This document shows positions 44,803 through 54,905 of a DNA stretch of 64,000 bases, one piece after another. How positions within the stretch are numbered: position 1 is the stretch's first letter; the number at the start of each line of letters is the position of its first letter. The notes beneath the pieces were generated by a model, which did not search any database, was not told the DNA's origin, and saw nothing but the letters and a program-made list of their open reading frames with translations. This DNA comes from Arcobacteraceae bacterium (lineage in GTDB: Bacteria; Campylobacterota; Campylobacteria; Campylobacterales; Arcobacteraceae): NCBI GenBank assembly GCA_965224485.1, contig CBDCZH010000023.1, positions 85,450 through 149,449 of the forward strand, given 5' to 3'. Both the position numbers and the translations under genes were made by a program.

Positions 44803-46866
44803 ATGTTTATGAGTCTTAAGATAAAAAATAAGTTGTTAATAATTGTTTTGTCCACAATTATTATTATTTCAAGTATTATTGCAATCAAGTCTATTTTTGC
44901 AATTAACTATTTAACCCAAAAGAATATACAGAATTACAAAAAATCTGCCTATTTAGAAAAAGAAGAAGAATTAAAAAATTATATTTCAATAGTTTATACA
45001 GTAATTCAAACGTACTATGAAAAATCAAAACAAGAAATATCAAATAATAATTTAGAAAATATTAAAAAAGAGTTATTAAATGAAATATCTCATATAAAAT
45101 ATTCAAAAGATGGTTATTATTGGATTAATAATACTGATGGAATAATGCTTATGCATCCATATAAAACTAAGTTAATAGGTAAAAATTTACTTACAAAAAC
45201 TGATGCACATGGTAATTTTTATTTTAAAGAAATGATTAAAAAAAGTTTAGAAAATGATAAAGGTGCTTTAGTTACGTATTCTTGGCAAAACTCTGATAAA
45301 ACAGTTAATAGAGAGAAGTTCTCTTATGTTAAAAGATTTAAAGAATGGAACTGGATAATTGGAACTGGTGCTTATGTTGATAATATAGAAAATAGAATTC
45401 TTGTTATGAAACAACATGCCCAAGAAGAAATTGCAGATATTATTTGGCAAATTATTCTAATTTCATTAATTGCAGGAGCTTTGATTTCTTTTTTAATTAT
45501 TTATATTTCTAAAAAAACAATAATACAACCTATTGAAGAATTTCAAAAAGGTTTATTAGGATTTTTTGCTTATTTAAATAAACAAAGAGATGATGTAGAA
45601 GAGATTAATATTAATACAAAAGATGAAATTGGCATGATGTCAATGAATGTTAATAAAAATATTCAAAAAACAAAATTATTAATAGAAGATGAAAAAGTTT
45701 TAATTTCTAAAACTTTAGTTTTATTAAAAGAGTTAGAACTTGGAAATTTATCACAAAGAATAGAGGTAAAAACTTCAGATTCTTCATTAAATGAACTTGC
45801 AAATCTTTTAAATAAAATGGCTGATAATTTTGAATTTAATATAGACTCAGTATTGAAAGTTTTAGATGAATATACTCACTATAATTATTTAAATAAAATT
45901 GATACAAAAAATACAAAAGCGCACTTGAAACAATTGGGAACTGGTCTTAACTCTTTAGGTGATTCAATAACAGAAATGCTAAAATATAATAAAAGAATTG
46001 GATTAACTCTAAATTCATCATCTGCTACTTTACTTAATAATGTAGAGACTTTAAATATAAGTTCAAACTCAGCTGCAACTTCCCTAGAAGAAACAGCAGC
46101 AGCTTTAGAAGAAATAACAAGTACAATAATAAACAATAATCAATCAATTAGTCAAATGTCTACATATGCTAGCTCCTTAACCCAATCAACAAAAAATGGT
46201 CAAGATTTAGCAAATAAAACAATGCAATCTATGGATGAAATCAATGAACAAGTTATATCAATTAATGATGCAATTACAGTAATTGATCAAATTGCATTTC
46301 AAACAAATATTTTATCACTTAATGCAGCAGTAGAAGCGGCAACTGCTGGTGAAGCAGGAAAAGGATTTGCAGTGGTTGCACAAGAAGTTAGAAATCTAGC
46401 AACTAGATCAGCTGAAGCTGCAAAAGAAATAAAAGAATTAGTAAACAGCGCAAATATTAAAGCCGCCGAGGGTAAAACAGTATCACAAAGTATGATTAAT
46501 GGTTTTTCAAAGCTTAATGAAAATATTAGTAAAACATTAAATTTAATAGAAGATATTTCAAACTCTTCTAAAGAACAACAAAGTGGTATTGAACAAATTA
46601 ATTCAGCAGTATCCCAACAAGATCAACAAACACAGAAAATTGCATTAGCGGCAAGTGAAACATATAATATAGCAATTGATACTTCAGGTATATCTAAAAA
46701 AATTGTTGATAGTGTTAATGAAAAAGAATTTATTGGTAAAGATGAGATTCAAGATAGAAGAAAAAGTAGTTTAAGTTTAAACTATCAAGGTAGTGAAAGA
46801 AGATCTTCTGAATCAACAATTAGAGATAGATCTAGTTATAAGCAAAGAAGAAGTGATAGTAATTAA
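44803..46866 (+). CDS. Methyl-accepting chemotaxis protein with a Cache domain
   Basis: TM-Cache-TM layout; [28 protein letters not shown]. Confidence 0.95.
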   Translation: MFMSLKIKNKLLIIVLSTIIIISSIIAIKSIFAINYLTQKNIQNYKKSAYLEKEEELKNYISIVYTVIQTYYEKSKQEISNNNLENIKKELLNEISHIKYSKDGYYWINNTDGIMLMHPYKTKLIGKNLLTKTDAHGNFYFKEMIKKSLENDKGALVTYSWQNSDKTVNREKFSYVKRFKEWNWIIGTGAYVDNIENRILVMKQHAQEEIADIIWQIILISLIAGALISFLIIYISKKTIIQPIEEFQKGLLGFFAYLNKQRDDVEEININTKDEIGMMSMNVNKNIQKTKLLIEDEKVLISKTLVLLKELELGNLSQRIEVKTSDSSLNELANLLNKMADNFEFNIDSVLKVLDEYTHYNYLNKIDTKNTKAHLKQLGTGLNSLGDSITEMLKYNKRIGLTLNSSSATLLNNVETLNISSNSAATSLEETAAALEEITSTIINNNQSISQMSTYASSLTQSTKNGQDLANKTMQSMDEINEQVISINDAITVIDQIAFQTNILSLNAAVEAATAGEAGKGFAVVAQEVRNLATRSAEAAKEIKELVNSANIKAAEGKTVSQSMINGFSKLNENISKTLNLIEDISNSSKEQQSGIEQINSAVSQQDQQTQKIALAASETYNIAIDTSGISKKIVDSVNEKEFIGKDEIQDRRKSSLSLNYQGSERRSSESTIRDRSSYKQRRSDSN

Positions 46867-46880
46867 TTAAATTTATAAAA

Positions 46881-46901
46881 GGCGCCTATTTTATAGGTGC
46901 C
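46881..46901. terminator. Hairpin between the convergent MCP and relE genes
   Basis: GGCGCCTAT-TTT-ATAGGTGCC. Confidence 0.55.
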
Positions 46902-46947
46902 AATAGCTACAAAATTTACTTAAGAAATCTATTAATTTGTTATTGGC

Positions 46948-47199
46948 TTAATATACTTCTTTTCTATGTGCTACTCTAATTATTGTAATTACCAATAAGT
47001 TATTTTCTTTTAAATATATTATTCTATAGTTTCCTGCTCTTTTTCTAAACTTACCCTCATGTTTTCCTTTAAGTGATTTATCACTTAAAAAATTACCATT
47101 TTGTAAATCTATAATTTTATTTCCAATTAATTGTTGAGATGCTTTGTCTAATTTTAAAAACTCTTTTTTAGCCTCTTGTTCAAAAGCAATATTAAACAT
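46948..47199 (-). CDS. RelE-family toxin
   Basis: LKG...FRKRAGNYRIIY...VAHRKEVY; start MFNIAF overlaps the antitoxin stop. Confidence 0.9.
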   Translation of the reverse strand: MFNIAFEQEAKKEFLKLDKASQQLIGNKIIDLQNGNFLSDKSLKGKHEGKFRKRAGNYRIIYLKENNLLVITIIRVAHRKEVY

Positions 47200-47422
47200 T
47201 AATTCCAGCTTGAGCAAATACAACTTCAAGTGATACAACTTTAGTTTTACCACTTTTTAAATTGTCTATTCTTTTATCTGCTACCATTTCATCTAGCTTG
47301 TCAAAATAAAGATCAATTGCTTTTTCAATTAAACTAGTTCTTGTTTTATCTAATTCATTTGCATATTCATCTAAGTGTTGAATTACATCTTTTTCAAGTC
47401 TAATATTTATTGCTTGTTTCAT
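47192..47422 (-). CDS. RHH/CopG-type antitoxin (RelB-like)
   Basis: INIRLE...KTRTSLIEKAI; coupled to the toxin. Confidence 0.85.
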   Translation of the reverse strand: MKQAINIRLEKDVIQHLDEYANELDKTRTSLIEKAIDLYFDKLDEMVADKRIDNLKSGKTKVVSLEVVFAQAGINV

Positions 47423-47495
47423 AGTTAAATCCTTTCTTCTTTTGTAGATACAATTGTAGTGTAAAGAAAGTTGATTGTCAAGTTACTTGTTATAG

Positions 47496-47730
47496 TTATC
47501 GTTCATTTGTAGGTATGTTTTTTAATTTATTTGAAAATTTAAGATGATTAGTTAAATCAACTGGAAAATGATAAATTTTAGTGCCAGCATGATCATTACC
47601 TGAAAAATTATTGTTTTTTAAATTGTTTTTAGGTCTTACTGGTCTTTGAGTAAAAACACCAGCACAATTTTGACACATATTTTTTAGATTTCCTACCTCT
47701 GGGCTGTAATTCGAAGATTGTGATATATTT
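47496..47730 (-). pseudogene. DUF1272-like fragment
   Basis: CQNCAG.F..RPVRP C-terminal half; the N-terminal Cys region is missing. Confidence 0.5.
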
Positions 47731-47808
47731 TTTTATATTATCATTGCATATACATAATTCCGGTGAATTTACAAAACTTATTAGATTTTCTACTTCGTGA
47801 GTGTAATT

Positions 47809-48081
47809 TTAAGGTTTATTTTTATTGAATATATTTAAAATACTTATTTTATGTTCATATATTTTAAATTGAATAGTGTATTTTTTAAATACCATATCTC
47901 TAATTTTTTCATCATTTGCATAAATTGATTGTCTACATTTAAGTGGAGAATGTATTAAATTTTCAATTTGTTCATTTAAATTATTATGAAATTTTTCACT
48001 AGCACTAATTTTGTCTTTTGCTATGTGTTTTAATATATTTAATAGTTTAGTTTTATATAGTCTTGTTCTAAAGATTTGCAT
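47809..48081 (-). CDS. RelE/ParE-family toxin
   Basis: HIAKDKISAS.KF...P.KCR.S...RDMVFKKYTI pattern. Confidence 0.75.
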   Translation of the reverse strand: MQIFRTRLYKTKLLNILKHIAKDKISASEKFHNNLNEQIENLIHSPLKCRQSIYANDEKIRDMVFKKYTIQFKIYEHKISILNIFNKNKP

Positions 48082-48325
48082 TAGTTTTTAAATCTTTAAA
48101 AAACACTTTCATTTCGTCATCATATTGTTCTTGTGATAACATTTCCATTGTACCATTTTCACATTCTTCAATAACTTGTTCTAACTCTTTTTTTCTTTCA
48201 TAAAAAAATGGATCAAGTTCTAGATTTTTATCTTTACTTATAGTGATATTTCCACTATGCTTTTTAACATAATTCATGAAGTCTGATACATAGTCATCTT
48301 TAATTTGAACTGCTATTGTTTGCAT
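48068..48325 (-). CDS. Putative antitoxin
   Basis: Acidic 85-aa ORF overlapping the toxin start. Confidence 0.65.
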   Translation of the reverse strand: MQTIAVQIKDDYVSDFMNYVKKHSGNITISKDKNLELDPFFYERKKELEQVIEECENGTMEMLSQEQYDDEMKVFFKDLKTNANL

Positions 48326-48816
48326 AAGGAACTCCAGTAATTTATTTATACAAGTATATCAAAACTTAAGAGAATTGAACTTAGTGGTATTACATTATAT
48401 TAAATTTATAATAATTGAAAATAGCATCTCTATTCTTTATCTTAGAAATAAATCATAAGATTTAGTTAAGAAATTTACTAATTTGTGACAGGCACCAAAA
48501 CCTGTCGTCACTCAAGTTTAAAGTGTAATTATTTGACTGACCTTCAAGCTAATTGATATTTTTAAGTTATATCAACCGCTTTGACACCCTTTTCAATATA
48601 TTAACCAATTAAACTCTCTGCATTCATTATATCATTTAGATACGAGACCCCAAAACCACTTGAAGTTACACCACAATTTTTTTACTTTTTACTTTAGTAA
48701 ATAATTTGGTATTGTGTCCCCAGAATTTTTGAATTTTTCGAATTTTTCGAATTTTTCAACAACTACTAATATAAATGTTGTTAAAACTTCTAATGTCATT
48801 TTATGCTCCTTGTGAT

Positions 48817-48870
48817 AGCTAACGTTTGACTTCAGCGACGCTTTGCGTTCGCTGCGAGGCCTTGTTATAT
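48817..48870 (-). other. Integron attC site
   Basis: Minus strand reads ATATAAC-AAGGCCTCGCAGCGAACGCAAAGCGTCGCTGAAGTCAAAC-GTTAGCT: R'' and R' boxes around an imperfect hairpin, followed by an RBS and ATG. Confidence 0.8.
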
Positions 48871-48956
48871 TTATTATACTTAGCAAAAAAGCATCTGCCT
48901 TTTATTCTCTTTAATTTCAATAAATTATATTTTTATTAAAGATGTAGTTTTTAAAC

Positions 48957-50648
48957 TTATACAGTAAAGAATTTATCATCCTCTGAAAGTTCTAATATTA
49001 TATACTCTTTGTACTTTTTGTACTGATCCTCGGTAAGCTTATCTGAAAGCATTGACAGAATATGTTGTCCTGATAATTTACTAGACTCCAAAAACATTTT
49101 TTTAATATGTTCTATATCGATATCATCAATTGAATCATGTAACACAAAATTAGCTCTAGGTACATTTTCATCACATACTGTTTTAATATAAGACAAATCG
49201 AATAATATTACTTCAAGTTTTTTTAAACCACCTTCATTATTTGATTCTATTTCATCAACAGAAGGTGTGCACTCACTTTTATCTTTGTCTAAATTTAGGC
49301 TAAACTTGTATTCAACATCATAAAATTCTTTTGTATAGTTTTTAAAATTCTTGACTAATGTAGTTTCAAACTTATCAACATTGATTAGTTCTTTTTTTAA
49401 TTCACTAGAAAGTTCAACTAATTCTGTATCTTTATTATCTTTTTTTGTCTGAATAGTATCTTTCTGCTCAATTATTGAACTAAACTTTACAAGGTTTTTA
49501 TTTAACTCACCAATTTCTTTAACCGTATCAGATAAATCTTCTATTTTCTTTTTTGATTTTAGTTCTAAGTATAGATTATCTTTAGCAGCCTTAAGCTTTG
49601 TTGCTTGTTCATTGCAATTTAATCTTTCTTGTTTTAAACCATCTAAACCATCTATTACAAACTCTTTTTTTGTGGATATAAGTTGATTATGAAAAGTCAA
49701 TGATTCTTTATAATCATTTATTACAGATTCTATTTTAATAGATGCATAGTTATAAATAGATTTTAATTCATCGATTAAATAGATTTGATCATCACTTGTT
49801 AGTATTTCCTTAGTCATTATTATATTTTTAATCTTTAAGTCTAACGAGAGTATTTTATACGCTAATGAATTTTGTTCATCATCAATTTCATTAATATTTT
49901 TAACTAACTCAAGTTTATCTATATCTTTATCTGTTGAATTTATAGAATTTTCAAGTTTTTCAATTTCTTTTTTGATTTTACTAATTGACCCAATCATTTT
50001 TTGCTCAATAATAACACCATTAAAAGCTGTTAATTGTTTAGTATATCTGCTAATAGCTGTATTTAATTTAGCTCTTTTAGTAAGTATTTCTGTATCACTA
50101 AAATTAAAAAGATATAAAAACACTGTACTAATATCAGATTTAGAAATACTTCTTCCATTATCAAATTTCACAGTATGTAACATTCGGTGAGAGTTAGTCC
50201 TAAAAAATTTTGGCGCTAATTTACGTATTGTTGGTTTTTCAGAGGAAACATTAAAAATTGTTTCCATAATATGTGAAATATATTCCTTTTTCTTTACTTC
50301 TTTAGAATTCAGAAAATAATCTTGTAGTTCAGTTTCAGGTGATAATCGTCTTTTTATGATAGAAGAAATATTCGTTAATCCAATATACTCTAATATAACA
50401 TAAACCGTTTTATTTGTAAATAATAATTCGATTTGACTATTTGAAGTTTTAAATTCTTCATCAATATATATTGGACTAATTGAACCATCAAATAAATAAT
50501 CCAATACTCTACCCAATGTTGATTTACCAACACTATTTCCTGCAGTATCAACATTTTTCTTATTTGTTATAATATTTAAATTATCACGGAATTTTATTTC
50601 ACGGACTACCTTTCCGTCAATCTCTAACTCTAATTTAATTAGTTTCAT
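48957..50648 (-). CDS. lmuB: Lamassu/ABC-3C SMC-like ABC ATPase (LmuB, DUF2326-like)
   Basis: Walker A GNSVGKST, central coiled coil, EGGLKKLEVILFDL and Walker B FVLHDS; start MKLIKLEL is coupled to the upstream gene. Confidence 0.8.
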   Translation of the reverse strand: MKLIKLELEIDGKVVREIKFRDNLNIITNKKNVDTAGNSVGKSTLGRVLDYLFDGSISPIYIDEEFKTSNSQIELLFTNKTVYVILEYIGLTNISSIIKRRLSPETELQDYFLNSKEVKKKEYISHIMETIFNVSSEKPTIRKLAPKFFRTNSHRMLHTVKFDNGRSISKSDISTVFLYLFNFSDTEILTKRAKLNTAISRYTKQLTAFNGVIIEQKMIGSISKIKKEIEKLENSINSTDKDIDKLELVKNINEIDDEQNSLAYKILSLDLKIKNIIMTKEILTSDDQIYLIDELKSIYNYASIKIESVINDYKESLTFHNQLISTKKEFVIDGLDGLKQERLNCNEQATKLKAAKDNLYLELKSKKKIEDLSDTVKEIGELNKNLVKFSSIIEQKDTIQTKKDNKDTELVELSSELKKELINVDKFETTLVKNFKNYTKEFYDVEYKFSLNLDKDKSECTPSVDEIESNNEGGLKKLEVILFDLSYIKTVCDENVPRANFVLHDSIDDIDIEHIKKMFLESSKLSGQHILSMLSDKLTEDQYKKYKEYIILELSEDDKFFTV

Positions 50649-50871
50649 TAATATAAACCTCTTTCTTATTACCATCAATGGCAGAAATTATATAAAGCCA
50701 ATCTAATGCAAGTATTATATGATCAATGGAGATTGATAACTCTCTTGTCACAACTTTGAATAAATCTAATATCTTCATACTCTTGTGTGTTTGATTATTC
50801 AACTTATTTAATATATAAGCGCCAATATACAATATATTTATTTTTGGGTTAGATCCATTAACGGGGAGCAT
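50635..50871 (-). CDS. lmuC: ABC-3C middle component (LmuC, MC6-like)
   Basis: 78 aa; P..ILYIGA.IL...LALDWLYII, between the CTD and ATPase genes. Confidence 0.75.
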   Translation of the reverse strand: MLPVNGSNPKINILYIGAYILNKLNNQTHKSMKILDLFKVVTRELSISIDHIILALDWLYIISAIDGNKKEVYINETN

Positions 50872-51406
50872 TGGGATTCTCCAAAACTAAACACTCAACA
50901 AATGCATGTGCAACTACAACATTAATACCTATTTCAACTTGCTCTTTATACACAGATACATTTGATGATTTATAAACAAATTTTCTCAACTGTTTTATAA
51001 TATTATCAACAATATCGTCAGAGTTTTCTCTGATTTTATCCATATCTATGTCAAATAGGTCAATGTCAAATTTATCTAGTGCCTCAAAATACATTTTATT
51101 TAACATACCCATAGCTGTTTGCTTGCCATTAACTACTCGTTCGTCGGCAATTTTATATGCCTTCTCAATCTGTGAAGAGTATGATTTATACTCTAGAATA
51201 ATTCTTCTATTTTTACGTAAATCATTGTGATTGATTTTATTTCTTATTTTAGAAGGGAAAGTACGATCTAATCGGTCAATATTTACAGAAGTAGAAACAA
51301 TATCTTCAATAATATTATTAATAATAGAGTCAATATTTTCTTCAGGCGACTTCCCTGTATAAACATCACCTTCAACATTTTCAATTTTAACTTGATTTTT
51401 ACACAT
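50858..51406 (-). CDS. lmuA: ABC-3C C-terminal-domain protein (LmuA-like) lacking an enzymatic effector domain
   Basis: KINHNDL and C-terminal AFVECLVLENP pattern; only about 20 N-terminal residues precede the helical domain. Confidence 0.7.
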   Translation of the reverse strand: MCKNQVKIENVEGDVYTGKSPEENIDSIINNIIEDIVSTSVNIDRLDRTFPSKIRNKINHNDLRKNRRIILEYKSYSSQIEKAYKIADERVVNGKQTAMGMLNKMYFEALDKFDIDLFDIDMDKIRENSDDIVDNIIKQLRKFVYKSSNVSVYKEQVEIGINVVVAHAFVECLVLENPNAPR

Positions 51407-51415
51407 CAAAGTACC

Positions 51416-51727
51416 TTATGACAATTCAATATTCACATCACCTTTTACCACACCTTGGTTAACATTATTTTTACCAACTTGTTTTACATCTTGATAATTA
51501 TCATGAATATCATTAGTTTCAATTTTTTGAACAAGATTATTATTCTCTATTTTTAGATTTTCATTCTTAATTCTCAACTCACTAAATGATATATTCATTG
51601 AATTTAGAATTTGTTTTGTTTTATAAACTTCTTTTTTTTGAAGAAAAGCATATCCAAATCCGATTACTGTGCATAACCATGCAATCGCGATACCTTCGGC
51701 AGAAGAAAAAAAACTTAAATTCATCAT
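51416..51727 (-). CDS. Small membrane protein: TM helix, coiled coil, N/Q/G/V-rich tail (candidate effector)
   Basis: AAGGAG RBS; TM segment IAIAWLCTVIGFGYAFL; tail QDVKQVGKNNVNQGVVKGDVNI. Confidence 0.75.
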   Translation of the reverse strand: MMNLSFFSSAEGIAIAWLCTVIGFGYAFLQKKEVYKTKQILNSMNISFSELRIKNENLKIENNNLVQKIETNDIHDNYQDVKQVGKNNVNQGVVKGDVNIELS

Positions 51728-51858
51728 TACTCCTTATTAGTAAAAATTAAAATAGATTTCTATTTAATTAAAATTGATCTCTATTATTCTATCACTTGAT
51801 ATGAATTTACTTAATTGACTAAATGGCCAGATAAGTATATTTTCACCATATCTTTGTA

Positions 51859-51877
51859 ATATAACTATTAATTAGTC
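51859..51877 (-). other. attI-like simple site / cassette start
   Basis: Minus strand GACTAAT-TAATA-GTTATAT (7-5-7 geometry); GTTATAT is the exact complement of the attC R'' ATATAAC. Confidence 0.55.
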
Positions 51878-52260
51878 GTACATTTTATATTAAAATAACT
51901 TAATAATGGATATTATCATACACTTAAAATGTTAGATTCTACATAAAACAAAGCCTGTAACTTAGGTACTTAGTAATAAAATGTTAGAAAATATGATTTT
52001 ATTGTAGATAATTAATAATTTATACTATTATTTTAATGTTGGTTTAAAGCCTTATTTACTATGTAAAACATACATTATGTACTAATAATATTGGATTTTA
52101 GGCCTTATCTAACAAAATGTTAGATAGTTTATTCATCATTCTAATATTATAGATATGATAAGAGTAGGTCTTTTAGAATTTAGTTGTAACTAATTCAAGC
52201 TATTTAGTGGTGCATTTTTTCTTTGCACTTGCCATTTGTAATAGTTTTTAAAATTAGAAT

Positions 52261-52588
52261 ATATTTATTAGTTTATATTTTAAAGTGAATTGAGATAACT
52301 GGTGTTTGCTCTTGTAAACTTCCAGTTCCCGCTTTCTTACTTTTGTATTGACAAAAAGTAAGCAAAAACAACTACGTTTCGGAGGTCTCCGACTACCTAA
52401 AGTTTTTTTATTGATTTACTTAAAAATATAACTCGTTAAAACGTGCCCTTACGGCACCTTTTTAAACACTCAGACAGAAATTTTTGGGTTACGTAAATAA
52501 ATAAAAAAATTTTAGCTCCTGCAAATGTAGCAATCAACGGAATAATCTTTTGTCTGCTAAAGCAGATATAGTTTGAAAACATACTTAT
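52261..52588 (+). repeat. Structured ~330-bp repeat, copy A (empty)
   Basis: Reverse complement of 53443-53642 plus 54922-55090; several internal hairpins. Confidence 0.85.
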
Positions 52589-53006
52589 GCAAGAAACTCT
52601 TATTTAGGTTTAATAGTTTTCAAGAATCTATTCTTCTATTACTTTAATTAAAAGTTACTATTTTAGGTCAGTCGCTATCTTTATTTTAGATTTAGAGGTA
52701 AGATCTCTATTTTTAATTTTTGACTCACATTTCTTTTTTTTAATTAATTCTTCAATTAAGTCATTTTTATACTTATTAGAAGACGAAGATAAATACCATT
52801 TCTATTCGCTTTGATTGAATATAGGTATACAAAAAAGATATCACAGTTTATTTAGAAATATATAGATTATCTGCCAAAACCAACACAATAGTCGTCTATC
52901 AACTCACAGATAAAATATTGTAAAGAATAACTGCAAGTTAAAATGTTTTAACTTATAAATTGATACTTTTTACATAGTAAATAAGGTGTATTTTATTTTT
53001 CTATTA

Positions 53007-53270
53007 CTAATTAGTTTTTATATCAGAAATAGGCTGACCACCTAAGCACATACAAGAAGGGCTATATGTTCCATCATTACAAGTAACTCTACCACCTGAA
53101 CAACCTTTAACTCCACCATGCCATGAGCAACAACCTCTTTTTTCAATCGTTAACTCTTGAATAGCGAAAGTTATATTGTCCTTATTACTATTTTGAGTTA
53201 TTATCTTAGAAACTTCTCCTTGTGAAAATAAGCTTAAAGTAAATACTAAGACTAATATTATTTTTTTCAT
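53007..53270 (-). CDS. Small secreted Cys-rich protein
   Basis: Signal peptide; RGCCSWHGGVKGC..GRVTCNDGTYSPSCMC. Confidence 0.75.
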   Translation of the reverse strand: MKKIILVLVFTLSLFSQGEVSKIITQNSNKDNITFAIQELTIEKRGCCSWHGGVKGCSGGRVTCNDGTYSPSCMCLGGQPISDIKTN

Positions 53271-53688
53271 TATTTATTCCTTTCAATTACAACCTTAGGG
53301 AAGTGTAATCTCCACTTTTAGTAAGTTAGTATACAAAAAACATGTCACAGTTTGTGTCACAAAACTTAAAATTAACAAGTAATTACTAAATTTTAATATT
53401 ATTTAAACTATAAAAAAAGGAAATAAAGGAATATTATTTAAATAAATATGTATCAAAACTATATCTGCTTTAGCAGACAAAAGATTATTCCGTTGATTGC
53501 TACATTTGCAGGGGAACAGGGAAAACTTGTGCTCTTTAGCACAAGGCAAACCTCGTGAGTAAGTTTTTTTATTTTATTGCGTAACCCAAAAATTTCTGTT
53601 TGATCGTTAAGAAAGATGCCCTCAGGCATGTTTTAGTGAGTTGCCACCTTAAAATATAATAAAGTATTTACTGTTTTAAAAAGAAATT

Positions 53689-54660
53689 TTATCTTTTATT
53701 CACATCAAACCTTTCGTTATTTTTATATAAACTATGAGCTATGACTATCATCTTTCTCATAACTGCTATTTGAGCTACTGTGGTATGTTTACCATTTCCT
53801 TTTAGTCTTTCATAAAACTCTTTTAGTTTTTCATTTTTTTGTACTGCTACCAATACAGGCATAAACAATGTTCCTCTACAAATCTTTGAGCCTGCTTTTG
53901 ATATTCTTGTTTTACCTCGTACTGAAGTTCCTGAACTTTTTTCAATTGGATCAAGTCCTGCTAAAGAAACTATTTGTCTTTGGTTTGCATCTGGATATTG
54001 TAAAAAGTGATATATTAATATAATTGCTGATATTTGACCAATACCTACAATTGTTTGAATATTTAAAAATGATTGATACAACTTTTTATCTTTTGAAAGA
54101 TAAGTAAGTATCTTTTTAATTATTCTTTCTTCTTGTTTTTTTAAGAATTTATATTGCATTTCTAATTCTTTAAGTACATAAGAAGAATCACTTTTTGCTT
54201 TCAACGAAGATGCATGATTTTTATTTTGTGTTTGTTGCTTAATAATTAGTTTATAACAGGTTATAGCTTCTTTAATTGCTTCAACATTATCATTAATGAT
54301 AGGAATCTTTATTTCTTCTTCTCTTGCAGTTATAATCATTTGTGAGAGCAATCTAGCATCTTCTATATCATTTTTGTTTCTATTTCCTATTACTTTTGCA
54401 AAGTTAGCACTTTTTTTAGGATTTACAATAAAACAATTAATATTTTTACTTGCACAAAACTTTTTTAAAGTAAAGGAGTAAGTACCTGTAGGCTCATATA
54501 CAAAAACTAATTTATCAAACTCTTTTTTATATAGTTTTTTTAACTTTGAGTAGAAGCTTTTAATTGATTTTAAATCATTAGTAATTACTAAATCTAATTC
54601 ATTAATAGGCACATAGATATTAATTGTTGACTTACTTACATCTAATCCGATAGAATACAT
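53689..54660 (-). CDS. IS110-family DEDD recombinase/transposase
   Basis: GLDVSK, EPTG, KNDIEDA, GLDP...SSG and AVMRK motifs. Confidence 0.95.
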   Translation of the reverse strand: MYSIGLDVSKSTINIYVPINELDLVITNDLKSIKSFYSKLKKLYKKEFDKLVFVYEPTGTYSFTLKKFCASKNINCFIVNPKKSANFAKVIGNRNKNDIEDARLLSQMIITAREEEIKIPIINDNVEAIKEAITCYKLIIKQQTQNKNHASSLKAKSDSSYVLKELEMQYKFLKKQEERIIKKILTYLSKDKKLYQSFLNIQTIVGIGQISAIILIYHFLQYPDANQRQIVSLAGLDPIEKSSGTSVRGKTRISKAGSKICRGTLFMPVLVAVQKNEKLKEFYERLKGNGKHTTVAQIAVMRKMIVIAHSLYKNNERFDVNKR

Positions 54661-54689
54661 ACTTGAACCTTTGTATTAATATAAAGAGT

Positions 54690-54905
54690 TCGTTAGAGTA
54701 GGAGTTTCTCCTACTCGATAATGTGTTACACCAAATTTAGACTTATAAAATTCGAACTAGATATTATCTGTTCTTGTTGCCACTCAAATTTAAAGTATAA
54801 CTATTTAACTCACTATCAAGCTAGTTATTTTTATAACCGCTTTAGTTATAGTTCAATATATTATCTTTTTAAACTCTATGCAAATATACTATCATATTCA
54901 CATAA
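54690..54905 (-). ncRNA. Putative bridge RNA of the IS110 element (ends approximate)
   Basis: Four segments matching the target and donor halves sit in two loops; a perfect hairpin lies at 54696-54716. Confidence 0.75.

Noticed and set aside
48723..48760. CRISPR array
   Set aside because: Only a 9-bp tandem repeat with no spacers; no cas genes or repeat-spacer arrays were seen in the window.
48689..48886. 65-aa ORF
   Set aside because: It reads through attC, a truncated cassette start and tandem repeats; a chimeric artefact.
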